From contig CAZTBI010000001.1 of the NCBI GenBank assembly GCA_964612055.1, positions 156,246-220,245 of the forward strand: a stretch of DNA of 64,000 nt, written 5' to 3'. Source of the stretch: an uncultured Bdellovibrionales bacterium (GTDB lineage: Bacteria; Patescibacteriota; Minisyncoccia; Moranbacterales; UBA1568). Shown piece by piece: positions 9,575 through 19,338 of the stretch. The notes beneath the pieces are model-generated. The model did not search any database and was not told the DNA's origin. It worked only from the letters and a program-made list of their open reading frames with translations. The first letter of the stretch is position 1. The number at the start of each line of letters is the position of its first letter. Both the position numbers and the translations under genes were made by a program.

Positions 9575-10876
9575 ATGCGAAAAGATCTAGAAGAAATTAT
9601 TCGTAAGGATTACCAAGAGAGGTTTCCTAAGAAAGAGTTCGTTCCTGGTGAGTCAGTAGTTCCGGTGTCAGGTAAGTTTTTTGATGAACAAGAATTATTG
9701 CGCATGACTGAGGCTGTACTTGAGGGGTGGTGGACAGAGGGCCATATGACTAAAGAGTTTGAAGAGAAGTTAGCGCAGTATCTTGGGGTAAAGTTTTGCA
9801 CTACGGTGAACTCTGGTTCTTCGGCTAATCTCGTTGCTTTTTCGGCATTGACATCAACCCTTCTCGGGAAGAGAAGGATAAAGGAGGGGGATGAGGTTAT
9901 AACAGTAGCGGCCGGATTCCCGACGACGATCAATCCTATTATTCAGAATGGTTGTGTGCCGGTCTTTGTAGATGTCGAGCTGGAGACCCTTTCTATAGAT
10001 GTTTCACAGTTAGAGGCGGCGCGGAGTGAGAAGACGCGGGCTGTTATGGTGGCCCATACGCTCGGAAATCCTTTCAATGTAGAAAAAGTTGCAGCTTTTT
10101 GTAAGAAACATGACCTCTGGTTCATAGAGGATAACTGCGATGGTCTAGGGAGCGAATATGATGGTCAAAAAACCGGCTCTTTCGGTGATATCTCAACGCT
10201 AAGTTTTTATCCTGCTCATCACATTACGACCGCAGAGGGAGGGGCTGTTTTTACGAATAGCGCTCTTCTGAATAAAATCATTCGTTCATTTCGTGACTGG
10301 GGGAGAGACTGTTGGTGCCCAACGGGCAAGGATAATACTTGCGGGACCCGTTTTGGTTGGCAGCTTGGTGCTTTGCCAAAGGGTTATGATCACAAGTACA
10401 CCTATTCCCATATCGGGTATAATCTTAAAATGACAGAGATACAAGCGGCCTGTGGATTGGCTCAATTAGAGAAGTTGCCAGCTTTTGTAGAGAAAAGAAA
10501 AGAAAATTATAAGCTTTTGCGGGAAAAATTAGAAAAGTTTAGCCAATACTTCTCATTTGTGGAGGCTATAGAAAAATCAGACCCAAGCTGGTTTGGGTTT
10601 TTGATTACCGTGAAAGATGGCGCACCATTTTCTCGGGAGGATTTCTTGCAGTATTTGAATGAAAAAAAGATTGCTACGCGGCTTCTCTTTGCTGGAAATA
10701 TCACTCGTCAGCCTTATTTCGTGAACTATGATGTTTCCTATAGGAAAATCGGTGAGCTCAAGAATTCCGATAAAGTCATGACTGATACTTTCTGGATTGG
10801 TACTTTTCCTGGAATAACAGAAGGCATGATTGAATATATCGAGAAGTCGTTTGGCCAATATATTGAGAAGTTATGA
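9575..10876 (+). CDS. rfbH: CDP-6-deoxy-D-xylo-4-hexulose 3-dehydrase (E1), DegT/AHBA-synthase fold
   Basis: Long colinear similarity to RfbH/DdhC: SGSSANL, VITVAAGFPTT.NP, SFYPAHHIT (His replacing the PLP-Lys, diagnostic of E1), RDWGRDC.C, KSDPSWFGF, LLFAGN..RQPYF. Confidence 0.9.
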   Translation: MRKDLEEIIRKDYQERFPKKEFVPGESVVPVSGKFFDEQELLRMTEAVLEGWWTEGHMTKEFEEKLAQYLGVKFCTTVNSGSSANLVAFSALTSTLLGKRRIKEGDEVITVAAGFPTTINPIIQNGCVPVFVDVELETLSIDVSQLEAARSEKTRAVMVAHTLGNPFNVEKVAAFCKKHDLWFIEDNCDGLGSEYDGQKTGSFGDISTLSFYPAHHITTAEGGAVFTNSALLNKIIRSFRDWGRDCWCPTGKDNTCGTRFGWQLGALPKGYDHKYTYSHIGYNLKMTEIQAACGLAQLEKLPAFVEKRKENYKLLREKLEKFSQYFSFVEAIEKSDPSWFGFLITVKDGAPFSREDFLQYLNEKKIATRLLFAGNITRQPYFVNYDVSYRKIGELKNSDKVMTDTFWIGTFPGITEGMIEYIEKSFGQYIEKL

Positions 10877-11802
10877 TACAGACCGTTCTCATTACCGGTG
10901 TTGCTGGATTTATCGGGAGCCATCTTGCAGAGCGGCTCTTGAGTGAGGGAATGGAAGTCATCGGATTGAAGCGTTCCAGTACTGATACATGGAGAATAGA
11001 GCGCCTTTTGGGACAGATAAAGTTGTATGACACGGATACGTGTGATTTGAATCAGGTTTTTTCTGAAAACAAGATAGACTGTATTATTCACCTCGCTACT
11101 TGTTACATTAAGCAGCATACTTCATTTCGGGAGGTGGAGGAGATGTCTGATACGAACATCACCTTTCCTGCAAAGCTATGCCAATTGGCGAGTGAGCATG
11201 AGGTCCGGTATTTCGTAAATACGGGAACGTTTTTCGAGTATGCTTTAGGAAAAAAAGAGCCTATCACGGAAACTGATAAAAAAGGAGCATACAACTTCTA
11301 CGCTTCAACAAAGATTGCTTTTTCTGATATCCTGCGATTCTTTTCGGAGAGTGGAAAACTTACAGCTATAGACTTCAAGCTTTTTGCGCCATTTGGTGAA
11401 AAAGATAACGAGAAACTCGTCCTTTCCCTCATCAAATCTCTTAAGGCGGGAACTCATGTTGATTTTTCTGGCGGTGAGCAGTGCTGGAATTTTACTTATG
11501 TTGGGGATATTGTTGAGGCTTATGTTCGGGCCTTGAAAAAGATCCCGTCTCTAAAGGAACAGTATGTACCATTAAATGTTGGCTATAGCACAGCTGTGAC
11601 TATTAAAGAACTTGTAAGAAAGCTCGAAGAGATTTCTGGAAAGACTCTTGACATCACTTGGGGTGCCAAACCGTATGTACCGAATGAAATCCTTTATGTT
11701 AACTGTGATAATTCTCAGTTGAAGTCAGTACTTGGTTGGGAGCAGAAATTTGACATAGATTCAGGATTGCAAAAGACATTCAATTATTATGAAAAAAATT
11801 AA
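10873..11802 (+). CDS. NAD(P)-dependent sugar-nucleotide epimerase/reductase (extended SDR); candidate CDP-4-keto-3,6-dideoxyhexose reductase
   Basis: TGVAGFIGSHL Rossmann motif, YxxxK (YASTKIA); overlaps rfbH stop by 4 nt (operonic). Confidence 0.75.
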   Translation: MIQTVLITGVAGFIGSHLAERLLSEGMEVIGLKRSSTDTWRIERLLGQIKLYDTDTCDLNQVFSENKIDCIIHLATCYIKQHTSFREVEEMSDTNITFPAKLCQLASEHEVRYFVNTGTFFEYALGKKEPITETDKKGAYNFYASTKIAFSDILRFFSESGKLTAIDFKLFAPFGEKDNEKLVLSLIKSLKAGTHVDFSGGEQCWNFTYVGDIVEAYVRALKKIPSLKEQYVPLNVGYSTAVTIKELVRKLEEISGKTLDITWGAKPYVPNEILYVNCDNSQLKSVLGWEQKFDIDSGLQKTFNYYEKN

Positions 11803-12295
11803 CAATACCTCTATGGAAGAAAAGATATTCGGCGTAAAGGGGAGTCTGATTGAAGGTGTGGTAATCAAGAAGTTGAACAAGATACCAGATGAAAGGGGGG
11901 GTATTATGCATATGCTCAAGAAGGAGGATGATATTTTTCATGGGTTTGGGGAGATTTACTTCTCGACTGTGTATCCCGGAGTGATCAAGGGGTGGCATAT
12001 TCATAAAGAAATGGAGCTCAATTATACCGTGGTAAAAGGCAATATAAAGCTTGTCCTTTTTGATGAACGAGAGAATTCTCCAACAAAAGGAAACCTCATG
12101 GAAATTTTCCTTGGAGATAAGAATTACGTTCTTGTCCAGATCCCGCCTTTTGTCTGGAATGGTTTTAAAGGAATAGGGCTAGAAGAGGCTATCGTTGCTA
12201 ACTGCACTACCATATCGCATCGAGGAGATGAGATTGATCGCCTCGACCCGCTCTCGGACCGCATACCATATGATTGGAATCTAAAAAACGAATAG
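11789..12295 (+). CDS. RmlC/FdtA-like cupin sugar-nucleotide epimerase/isomerase
   Basis: 168 aa; KGWHIHK (HxH metal/cat motif) and IPPFVWNGF match FdtA/WxcM/RmlC-like cupins. Confidence 0.65.
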   Translation: MKKINNTSMEEKIFGVKGSLIEGVVIKKLNKIPDERGGIMHMLKKEDDIFHGFGEIYFSTVYPGVIKGWHIHKEMELNYTVVKGNIKLVLFDERENSPTKGNLMEIFLGDKNYVLVQIPPFVWNGFKGIGLEEAIVANCTTISHRGDEIDRLDPLSDRIPYDWNLKNE

Positions 12296-12304
12296 GAGAT
12301 CGGT

Positions 12305-15300
12305 ATGAAGAACATCAGGATTAGTCTTGTTATCCCGGCTTATAATCGCGAGAACCTCATACGCGAAACTATAGAGAGTGCTTTGGATCAGACTGAAAAG
12401 ATAGATGAGATTATTATTATTGACAATGATTCGTCCGATAAGACATTTGAGATTGCCCAGGATTATGCGCGTATGCATGATAATGTGCAGGCTTTCAAAA
12501 ACGAGAAGAATGTCGGGATGATGGAGAATTGGAATAGGGGAATACGAAAAACAACAGGGGAGTATGTGAGTTTGTTGCATTCTGATGATATTATCCCGAA
12601 AAACTGGTGCGCAACGGTAAAAGCATCCATCCAAAAGGACAGTAAAAGAGAGATAGGACTCTTTTTTGGTATTTATGCCTGTTTTGAAAAAAAGGGGGAT
12701 AAAAAACGTATAGTTTCTCGAGTAAAGAATTTTTCAAAAGATACTTTTTTGGCGGCAAAAGAGTCGCTACGTCGACTATGGAAAAACTACTACGGAAACC
12801 CTAACTGTTCTGCATCGATTATATATAAGAGAGAGATTTTTGATGTAGTCGGATATTTTGATCCAAGTAGGGGGACTGAAGCTGATCAGCATTTCCATAT
12901 CAAGGTTCTAAATGTCTTCGACTCTTATTTTATTGCACAAGACCTGTTGTATTACAGGCGGCATGAACTCCAGGCATTTGATTTCAAACAAGAGGTAGAA
13001 TCAGCGGACACAGTGGTGAAGCGCCTTTTGAATGCGATACGTATCCAAAAGGAACTTCTTGATCCTGAGCTAGTCAAATATACCTATTGCGGGGTTCTGC
13101 TCTACGGGGTGAAGTTCATACTGTCTGGAAAATTTAATCATGCTCGTGCGGTTTTTCAGATCCCAGGTATTTTCAATGTAAAGACATTGATACACTTTCC
13201 GCGCTTTTTCATGATGTTGCTTTACAGAAAATATTCAAGTAATACAGTCAATTTTTTGAGAAAATTCGGTGTTCCTATTGGATTTTTTTTATTTGCTGTT
13301 ATTGTCCTTCGGCATCTTCTATTCAGAGAATATGAGAGTATTGGACATAATTGGGATTGGGGATTTCCAGCTTTGCCGTACATGTTTGAAAGAATTAGGG
13401 AATTATCTGCTTATGCATGGAGTCCTATCGGTTTAGGGAAGAGTCTCAACCTCCAGGCTCACATAATCGTCAATGAACCCATATCTTTCCTAGGGACGGT
13501 GTTCGGTGTAAAAAATTCTATATTAATACTCTTCCTTTCTGTTTTCGCTCTTTCATTCTTCTCTTTCAAAAAGTTACTGGATTTTATAGGGACAGAGAAG
13601 TCATTATTGAACTATCTCCCCAGCATCCTCTATGCCTTTTCCCCATTTCTTTTCAATGAAATCATCGGTGGTTCTTGGTACATGTGGATATCGTATGCTT
13701 TTGCGCCGCTGCTTTTTCTTTATCTCGTTAATTATGTGAGACATAAGAAGACAAGTAGTCTTATCGGTTATCTCATAGCATCTTCTTTTGTGATAATCTC
13801 CTTGCAAAATTTTGTAACTATCGAGTTTATCGCGGTAGTATTCATGATACTTTCACTATTGTTTGAAAGAGATGGGATTCGAGTTTTTACATATCAGACA
13901 GGCCGCTACCTTTTAGCGCATATCCTCCTGATCCTCATAAGTCTCTATTGGATCATCCCATTTATCGATTCTTTAGGTGCTTTTTATAGCATGGTAACAA
14001 ATGTCTCTTTTACTGGTGGTTTTGAAGGAGTGCGCAATATAACTCAAAGCATCCTCCATATTTTTCTGATGACTGGGTACTTAGACAGGAACATGTATTT
14101 TTATGCTGTTCCAGATTTTCTTTCTTCCTTATCCGTGTCCGTCATTTCTTTCTTTTGGATGTTAGTATTCTCCGTATATATTTTTGGTAATGAGGAAAAG
14201 CTACGCCCATTTAAAAAAGATGTATTACTCTGGTCTCTCATACTCGTTGTCTTTACGCTGGTCGTCAAGGGAGGAAATGAACCCTTTTCAAGTTTTACCA
14301 TGGGGATTTTCAAGCATTTCCCACTGATGTCGCTTTATAGGAGTCCTCAACATCTGATGCTTGTCGCCGCATTTGTCATTCCATTACTCTCATTTTTTGT
14401 CATCCGCTATTATCTCGCGCGAAATGTATCAAAGAAAATAGTTGTTAGTGTAGGCCTGGTAATCGCTTTCTTTTGGACGAGTTCATGGTGGTACGGGGGC
14501 GATCTTGGAAGCATGGTATTACGAGAGGAAAATAGGGATCATATTGATCTTTACTCTACTTCACCGGATCTAAGGAAGGTTTATGATTATAATGAAAAAA
14601 GCGCCCTTTTTCATCGCATCCTCTTTCTCCCGACCTCTTTTAGTCCCGACTTCCTCCCGAATGATTATCAAAACAAGGGTCAGGGGGGACAGTCAGAATA
14701 TACGCACCTCAAAAACCCTACGTTCAACTGGGAATTTAACGATATAGCGAAAAGGATTGATGATAAATTCTGTTATCAGGAAGATTTCAATTTTCTGAAT
14801 TATCTTTCCCTTACGAATACGAGGTATATATACTTGAGAGAGGATATATATCCGCATCACTCAGAGTGTGGGATATTTAAAGTCTGGGATATCAAAAAGG
14901 TCGAAGAGGCTGTGCGTGCTACGCCAGGTCTTACGCCTATAGAGGTAATCGATGGTCTCTATAGGGTCGATGACGAGTATTTTTCTCAACATGTCTTTAT
15001 TCCAGATCGGACAATAGTATCAGATAGGGATCCGGAACAGCTCCCAGAGATCGTTTCAGAAAATTTTCAGCCAGGGACCAGTATTTTTTTCGAGAAACAA
15101 AATCCAGGAAAGAGTGAGGAATTCTGGAGGGTATTGAAATCATATACCAAGCCCTCTGAATTTTTAGAGAGTCTAGAATTTAGGCGTGTGAATCCTACGA
15201 GATATCAGGTGCACGTAAAAAATGCGAAAGAAGTATTCCCACTTATCTTGAGTGAAGGATTTCATGAGGGATGGAGGGTGTATCCATCGAGGGTCGAGAG

Positions 15301-15691
15301 TGCTTCACTGGAGCGCCAGAAGTTTATTTCTCGAAGCATTCATGGGTCTGTTCAGAATGATAATCTGTCATCAGGTAGACTATGGGAGACTTGGTTTTTG
15401 AAGCCGTCCTTAGAGGAATCGTCCCATTTGCTTGTGAATGGGTACGCTAATTCCTGGCTCATTGATCCGAAAGAGTTTTGCCTAGAAAGCCCTGAATCTT
15501 GTCTAAAAAAGGAAAATGGAGCGTATGATATAGTATTGGTATTGGAGTTTTGGCCACAAAGACTCATGTATCTCGGAGGAGCTGTGACTGCGGTTTTACT
15601 TTTTGTAGGCGGGGTAGTATGGGGTATCTCTGGATTCAGAAAACAGAGAGCTCGAAAATCGCAGCAGATTGCGTATCAGGGAGACAAATAA
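12305..15691 (+). CDS. fusion protein: N-terminal GT2 glycosyltransferase + large polytopic membrane domain + C-terminal extracytoplasmic domain
   Basis: 1128 aa; N-terminus ISLVIPAYNRENLI...IIIDNDSSDKT (GT-A); residues ~300-900 contain about 15 TM helices; C-terminal ~230 aa soluble plus terminal TM. Confidence 0.7.
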   Translation: MKNIRISLVIPAYNRENLIRETIESALDQTEKIDEIIIIDNDSSDKTFEIAQDYARMHDNVQAFKNEKNVGMMENWNRGIRKTTGEYVSLLHSDDIIPKNWCATVKASIQKDSKREIGLFFGIYACFEKKGDKKRIVSRVKNFSKDTFLAAKESLRRLWKNYYGNPNCSASIIYKREIFDVVGYFDPSRGTEADQHFHIKVLNVFDSYFIAQDLLYYRRHELQAFDFKQEVESADTVVKRLLNAIRIQKELLDPELVKYTYCGVLLYGVKFILSGKFNHARAVFQIPGIFNVKTLIHFPRFFMMLLYRKYSSNTVNFLRKFGVPIGFFLFAVIVLRHLLFREYESIGHNWDWGFPALPYMFERIRELSAYAWSPIGLGKSLNLQAHIIVNEPISFLGTVFGVKNSILILFLSVFALSFFSFKKLLDFIGTEKSLLNYLPSILYAFSPFLFNEIIGGSWYMWISYAFAPLLFLYLVNYVRHKKTSSLIGYLIASSFVIISLQNFVTIEFIAVVFMILSLLFERDGIRVFTYQTGRYLLAHILLILISLYWIIPFIDSLGAFYSMVTNVSFTGGFEGVRNITQSILHIFLMTGYLDRNMYFYAVPDFLSSLSVSVISFFWMLVFSVYIFGNEEKLRPFKKDVLLWSLILVVFTLVVKGGNEPFSSFTMGIFKHFPLMSLYRSPQHLMLVAAFVIPLLSFFVIRYYLARNVSKKIVVSVGLVIAFFWTSSWWYGGDLGSMVLREENRDHIDLYSTSPDLRKVYDYNEKSALFHRILFLPTSFSPDFLPNDYQNKGQGGQSEYTHLKNPTFNWEFNDIAKRIDDKFCYQEDFNFLNYLSLTNTRYIYLREDIYPHHSECGIFKVWDIKKVEEAVRATPGLTPIEVIDGLYRVDDEYFSQHVFIPDRTIVSDRDPEQLPEIVSENFQPGTSIFFEKQNPGKSEEFWRVLKSYTKPSEFLESLEFRRVNPTRYQVHVKNAKEVFPLILSEGFHEGWRVYPSRVESASLERQKFISRSIHGSVQNDNLSSGRLWETWFLKPSLEESSHLLVNGYANSWLIDPKEFCLESPESCLKKENGAYDIVLVLEFWPQRLMYLGGAVTAVLLFVGGVVWGISGFRKQRARKSQQIAYQGDK

Positions 15692-15702
15692 ATATCTAGA
15701 AT

Positions 15703-16737
15703 ATGAATCAAATTGTAGGGAGAGCAAGTCATATCCTCGCATCAGGGAATCGATATTTTTCCATAGCCACTATTTTGTCGGTAGCTTTTCTGTATAACTA
15801 TATCCTTGTTCCGCTAGAAACAAAGAGACTGGAAGAGGTCCCAAAAGATATCGGCGTTATGCAATCAGCTGAGCCTGTATCCCCGACTCTTTACATGAAA
15901 CGACCGGAAAGTGTTTATAGAGGGGTCCTTCAGTCAAGAAGAGGGGATGTATACAGGGTAGTTTTTGACGTAAGGGGAGGGAACAATCCGCAACTTGAAG
16001 TTTCCCTTTTCTCCTCGGTTTTTCATGAGACAGTAAAGATTGGCGAGGTTGAAGCTGAATCCTCCGACGAGAACGAGCGTAAAGAAATCGTCTTTACGAC
16101 TTCGGGAAGCTTCGATTCCATAATCATTAGACTAAAGGAGGGAGAAAGAGACGAGACGAAATGGGACAATAAATTTGCTTTTATAGAAAACCTTTCTATA
16201 ACGAGACTTGATATCAGTCCAGAAAAGATGACGTCTCTTGCTCCTGTGGTCATCGGGGTCCAGGGGATGCCGTTTGCAAAACTAGAAGATCTTGGTTCCG
16301 AGATGCTCTACACCTTTTCGACACGAAGTGATATTACTGATTACCAAGGCGTCTTTGAAGCAACCGAGAGTGCGGCGTTTGATGGTAAAAAGAAGGCGGT
16401 AGTAGCAGCAAAGAGAAAAGGGGAGTACTTCATGTATAAACTTGATGCCGTACATCCTTTCAAGAAACTACTTATCAGAGCTATTCAAAAAGGATCCGAT
16501 AAAGATGAAATTCGCCTACAGTATTCATTTGATAAGTCTTCTTGGCAAACAGTAGAGTATACACAGGAAGATGGGGGTTCGCAGAAGTTTCTTCTGTTTA
16601 TTGAGCAGGAAGTTCCAAAAGAGAAAGTGGTCTACGTAAAGGTTTTTTATGAAGGAGAGGATAAGAAGACTGGCACGTTCGGCTTGGAAGAATTAGAAGT
16701 TAATGCTTTGGTGGTTAATGAGGGAAAGAGTTTTTAG
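15703..16737 (+). CDS. single-pass membrane-anchored protein with C-terminal discoidin/CBM32-like domain
   Basis: N-terminal TM (YFSIATILSVAFLYNYILV); C-terminus LQYSFDKSSWQTVEY...GLEELEV resembles F5/8 type C domains. Confidence 0.55.
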   Translation: MNQIVGRASHILASGNRYFSIATILSVAFLYNYILVPLETKRLEEVPKDIGVMQSAEPVSPTLYMKRPESVYRGVLQSRRGDVYRVVFDVRGGNNPQLEVSLFSSVFHETVKIGEVEAESSDENERKEIVFTTSGSFDSIIIRLKEGERDETKWDNKFAFIENLSITRLDISPEKMTSLAPVVIGVQGMPFAKLEDLGSEMLYTFSTRSDITDYQGVFEATESAAFDGKKKAVVAAKRKGEYFMYKLDAVHPFKKLLIRAIQKGSDKDEIRLQYSFDKSSWQTVEYTQEDGGSQKFLLFIEQEVPKEKVVYVKVFYEGEDKKTGTFGLEELEVNALVVNEGKSF

Positions 16738-16749
16738 TCTCAATATTGT

Positions 16750-18936
16750 ATGAAATTTATCACTTTTATTAAAAAGAATAGATGGGAGACCCTCGGCTTC
16801 CTACTCTTGATTTTTTGCGTCCTCATAAATCTTTTTCCAAAAGATCACATCATCCTTGGGGGTGATATAGTGCAGGTTCTCAATCTTTCGGAAAATTTCG
16901 CCCACTATTATTCTGAGGATTGGTTTCGGCAGGCAGTTTTGTTTTATGGAATTTTTTATCTTCTTGACAAGCTTCAGGTTAGCGACACAGTGCAACTTTC
17001 ATGGTACCTAGGAATCTTTCTCTTAGGTTCGTATGCCTCATTTCTTTCTTTCTGTCGTCTAGTACTGCCTTCAGTATCAAGAGTAGTCCATGTGTTAAGC
17101 TCGCTTTTCTACGCGACAAATCTCTACACGCTTTACATCTTTACGGCAACCTGGGGGTATATCTCATACCAGTCTCTCTATATCTTCATCCCCATCTTAG
17201 TCGGATTATATATAAAAGTGGTTACAACCCGAGAAACCAGATACATTTTTTGGTTTCTGCTGCTAAACTTTTTCGCTTCCATGGGGTTTAGTAATCCGGC
17301 TTTTGCTCTTGCGCTTGGAATATTTTTCTTTGTTCTGACAGGACTCCTCTTTATTTTTCGTTGGGCGCGTTTTGATGTTGATACTGCAAGGGCGATAGTG
17401 ATGGTTTTTTTCGGCGTAATCCTGGTGAATTTGTACTGGATACTGCCACTCGTACCCCAGCTACAAAGTGGTATCCAGGCGGTTTACACGTCGGAATTTG
17501 TAGATCTGTCTGAGCGACTAGAGAAAACATCAAATGCTATATTTGATACCATCCGTCTTTTACCGACGAGTGAACAAGATAGATATTTCCCTAAAAATTT
17601 TCCTTACCCGGAAATTTCATGGCTAGAGGACTATGTGTATATTCTGGCATTTCTGCCATTTTTTGCTATTCTTTTCGGGTTTCTACGGAAGAACAGAGGA
17701 AGGGAGTATGAACTATATATTCTTTTTTCGGCACTCCTTTTGGTCTTTATTGTGCTTGTAGCCCGCGTACGTTTCCCATTTGATACTGTGAATAGTTTCC
17801 TCTTTCATCTTCCGGGATTGAACACGTTACGTGGATATGATAAGACGGCGACCTTTCTCCCTTTTATTCTCACTGTGCTGATGTTGCTACTTCTAGCGGC
17901 TTATGAGAAATCAAGACATCGGAGAATTTTCCTTACAACTTTTTTTGTGACTATGGTTTTACTGGCACTTCCATTCTATGCTGGTGGAATACAGACAAAA
18001 TTAAGTTATATTCTTTCGCGTCAGAAAGCAAAGGACTTCAATGAAGCTAAGCAAAGCGCTCTTGTTAAAATTCCAGATCCATATTTTTCTGTGGCCCCAT
18101 TACTCCGTACGGATTTAGAGAAGAACAAAATAGCGATGCTTCCATTTTCTCCTGGATCAAGCGTAGGAAGAGTAAATCTTCCTGGATGGAAAGTGAATGG
18201 ACCGTATGTAGTTAAGGATCTTTACGGAAAGCAGTATGTCGAGTTGTACGGGTACCATATACCGGGCTGGATGTTTTCCAAAGAATTCGAAAATAATGTT
18301 TATGACCCTCGATGGATTACTGATTTATATGGATTACTTGGCGTGAAGTATGTTTTTTATCACAAAGATGCTAAAGAAGAAAGTCTTGAGGAGATGGAGG
18401 GTGCGAGGCGTTACCTTGAAAGAGTAGGTGCGTTGAAAAAAATTGATGATAATGAGTCTTTTTTTCTCTACACTCTTGATGATAAGGTAGTATTCCCATA
18501 TCTTTATTCGGGAGTAGGTATTCCCTCTATTGAGATGTCTCCGGAAAAACTTTCCGAACGTCTCGCAGTTCTTCGAAAGAATACTTCGGCACTTCAATAT
18601 GAACAAAGAGGGTTGAGGCACATTGCTGCCAAAGTGGGGAATATGAAAAATGGAACGAGAATTTTTTTGAATGAATCGACGAGTCCGCTTTGGAGAGCGG
18701 TATACATTTCTCCTGATGGCACAAAGATTCCTTTGCGAAAGGATGATTCTGTACTTTATGCGAATGCTTGGATTATTGACGGAGACAGAGAGGGTGGATA
18801 TATAGAGATAGATTCTCTCCCAGTGCGACTTCTCGGTTATGGGCAGCTTGTGTCTGGTATCGCGATCATTTCTGTAGTTTTTGGATTAGTGTGGACAGTA
18901 AGAAAGAGGAAAGATAACCCTATAATAAAGGAGTAA
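16750..18936 (+). CDS. polytopic membrane protein (possible GT-C/YfhO-like or polymerase), unknown function
   Basis: 728 aa; about 13 TM helices in first 400 aa, large C-terminal extracytoplasmic region, terminal TM. Confidence 0.55.
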   Translation: MKFITFIKKNRWETLGFLLLIFCVLINLFPKDHIILGGDIVQVLNLSENFAHYYSEDWFRQAVLFYGIFYLLDKLQVSDTVQLSWYLGIFLLGSYASFLSFCRLVLPSVSRVVHVLSSLFYATNLYTLYIFTATWGYISYQSLYIFIPILVGLYIKVVTTRETRYIFWFLLLNFFASMGFSNPAFALALGIFFFVLTGLLFIFRWARFDVDTARAIVMVFFGVILVNLYWILPLVPQLQSGIQAVYTSEFVDLSERLEKTSNAIFDTIRLLPTSEQDRYFPKNFPYPEISWLEDYVYILAFLPFFAILFGFLRKNRGREYELYILFSALLLVFIVLVARVRFPFDTVNSFLFHLPGLNTLRGYDKTATFLPFILTVLMLLLLAAYEKSRHRRIFLTTFFVTMVLLALPFYAGGIQTKLSYILSRQKAKDFNEAKQSALVKIPDPYFSVAPLLRTDLEKNKIAMLPFSPGSSVGRVNLPGWKVNGPYVVKDLYGKQYVELYGYHIPGWMFSKEFENNVYDPRWITDLYGLLGVKYVFYHKDAKEESLEEMEGARRYLERVGALKKIDDNESFFLYTLDDKVVFPYLYSGVGIPSIEMSPEKLSERLAVLRKNTSALQYEQRGLRHIAAKVGNMKNGTRIFLNESTSPLWRAVYISPDGTKIPLRKDDSVLYANAWIIDGDREGGYIEIDSLPVRLLGYGQLVSGIAIISVVFGLVWTVRKRKDNPIIKE

Positions 18937-18949
18937 CAACGAAAAGTTT

Positions 18950-19285
18950 ATGGATATTCATCAAAATGAGCGTAGACTGAGGCATTTCCTAGAAGAAAGA
19001 AAGATCGATATCTTGTTTCTTGTAGCTGGCGCAGCTCTTGGGATTACTTTTGACTGGACTATCGTAGAAATTGTTATTTTTTTGTGTTTTCTCTGGTCTT
19101 TCTTGGGACCTATATCAAGTCGTCTTTTAGCTGGATTTTCGATATTTTTCTTCCTATTTGTTCCGGTTTTTCTCATTTTTGATCGGATGGATCGGGCAGA
19201 AGAGTTTTCTATCTATACCTATTATTTTCTTGTTATGGCTGTTATCAGGGCTATTATCGAGGTGAGAAGTGAGGAAAAGGCTTAG
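18950..19285 (+). CDS. small integral membrane protein (possible GtrA-like partner)
   Basis: 111 aa, 3 hydrophobic helices; immediately upstream of GtrB-like gene. Confidence 0.4.
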   Translation: MDIHQNERRLRHFLEERKIDILFLVAGAALGITFDWTIVEIVIFLCFLWSFLGPISSRLLAGFSIFFFLFVPVFLIFDRMDRAEEFSIYTYYFLVMAVIRAIIEVRSEEKA

Positions 19286-19338
19286 GTTGTCGGTTTTTGG
19301 CTATTGGAGTACAATAAAGGGGTAACGAGAAGCAAAAT

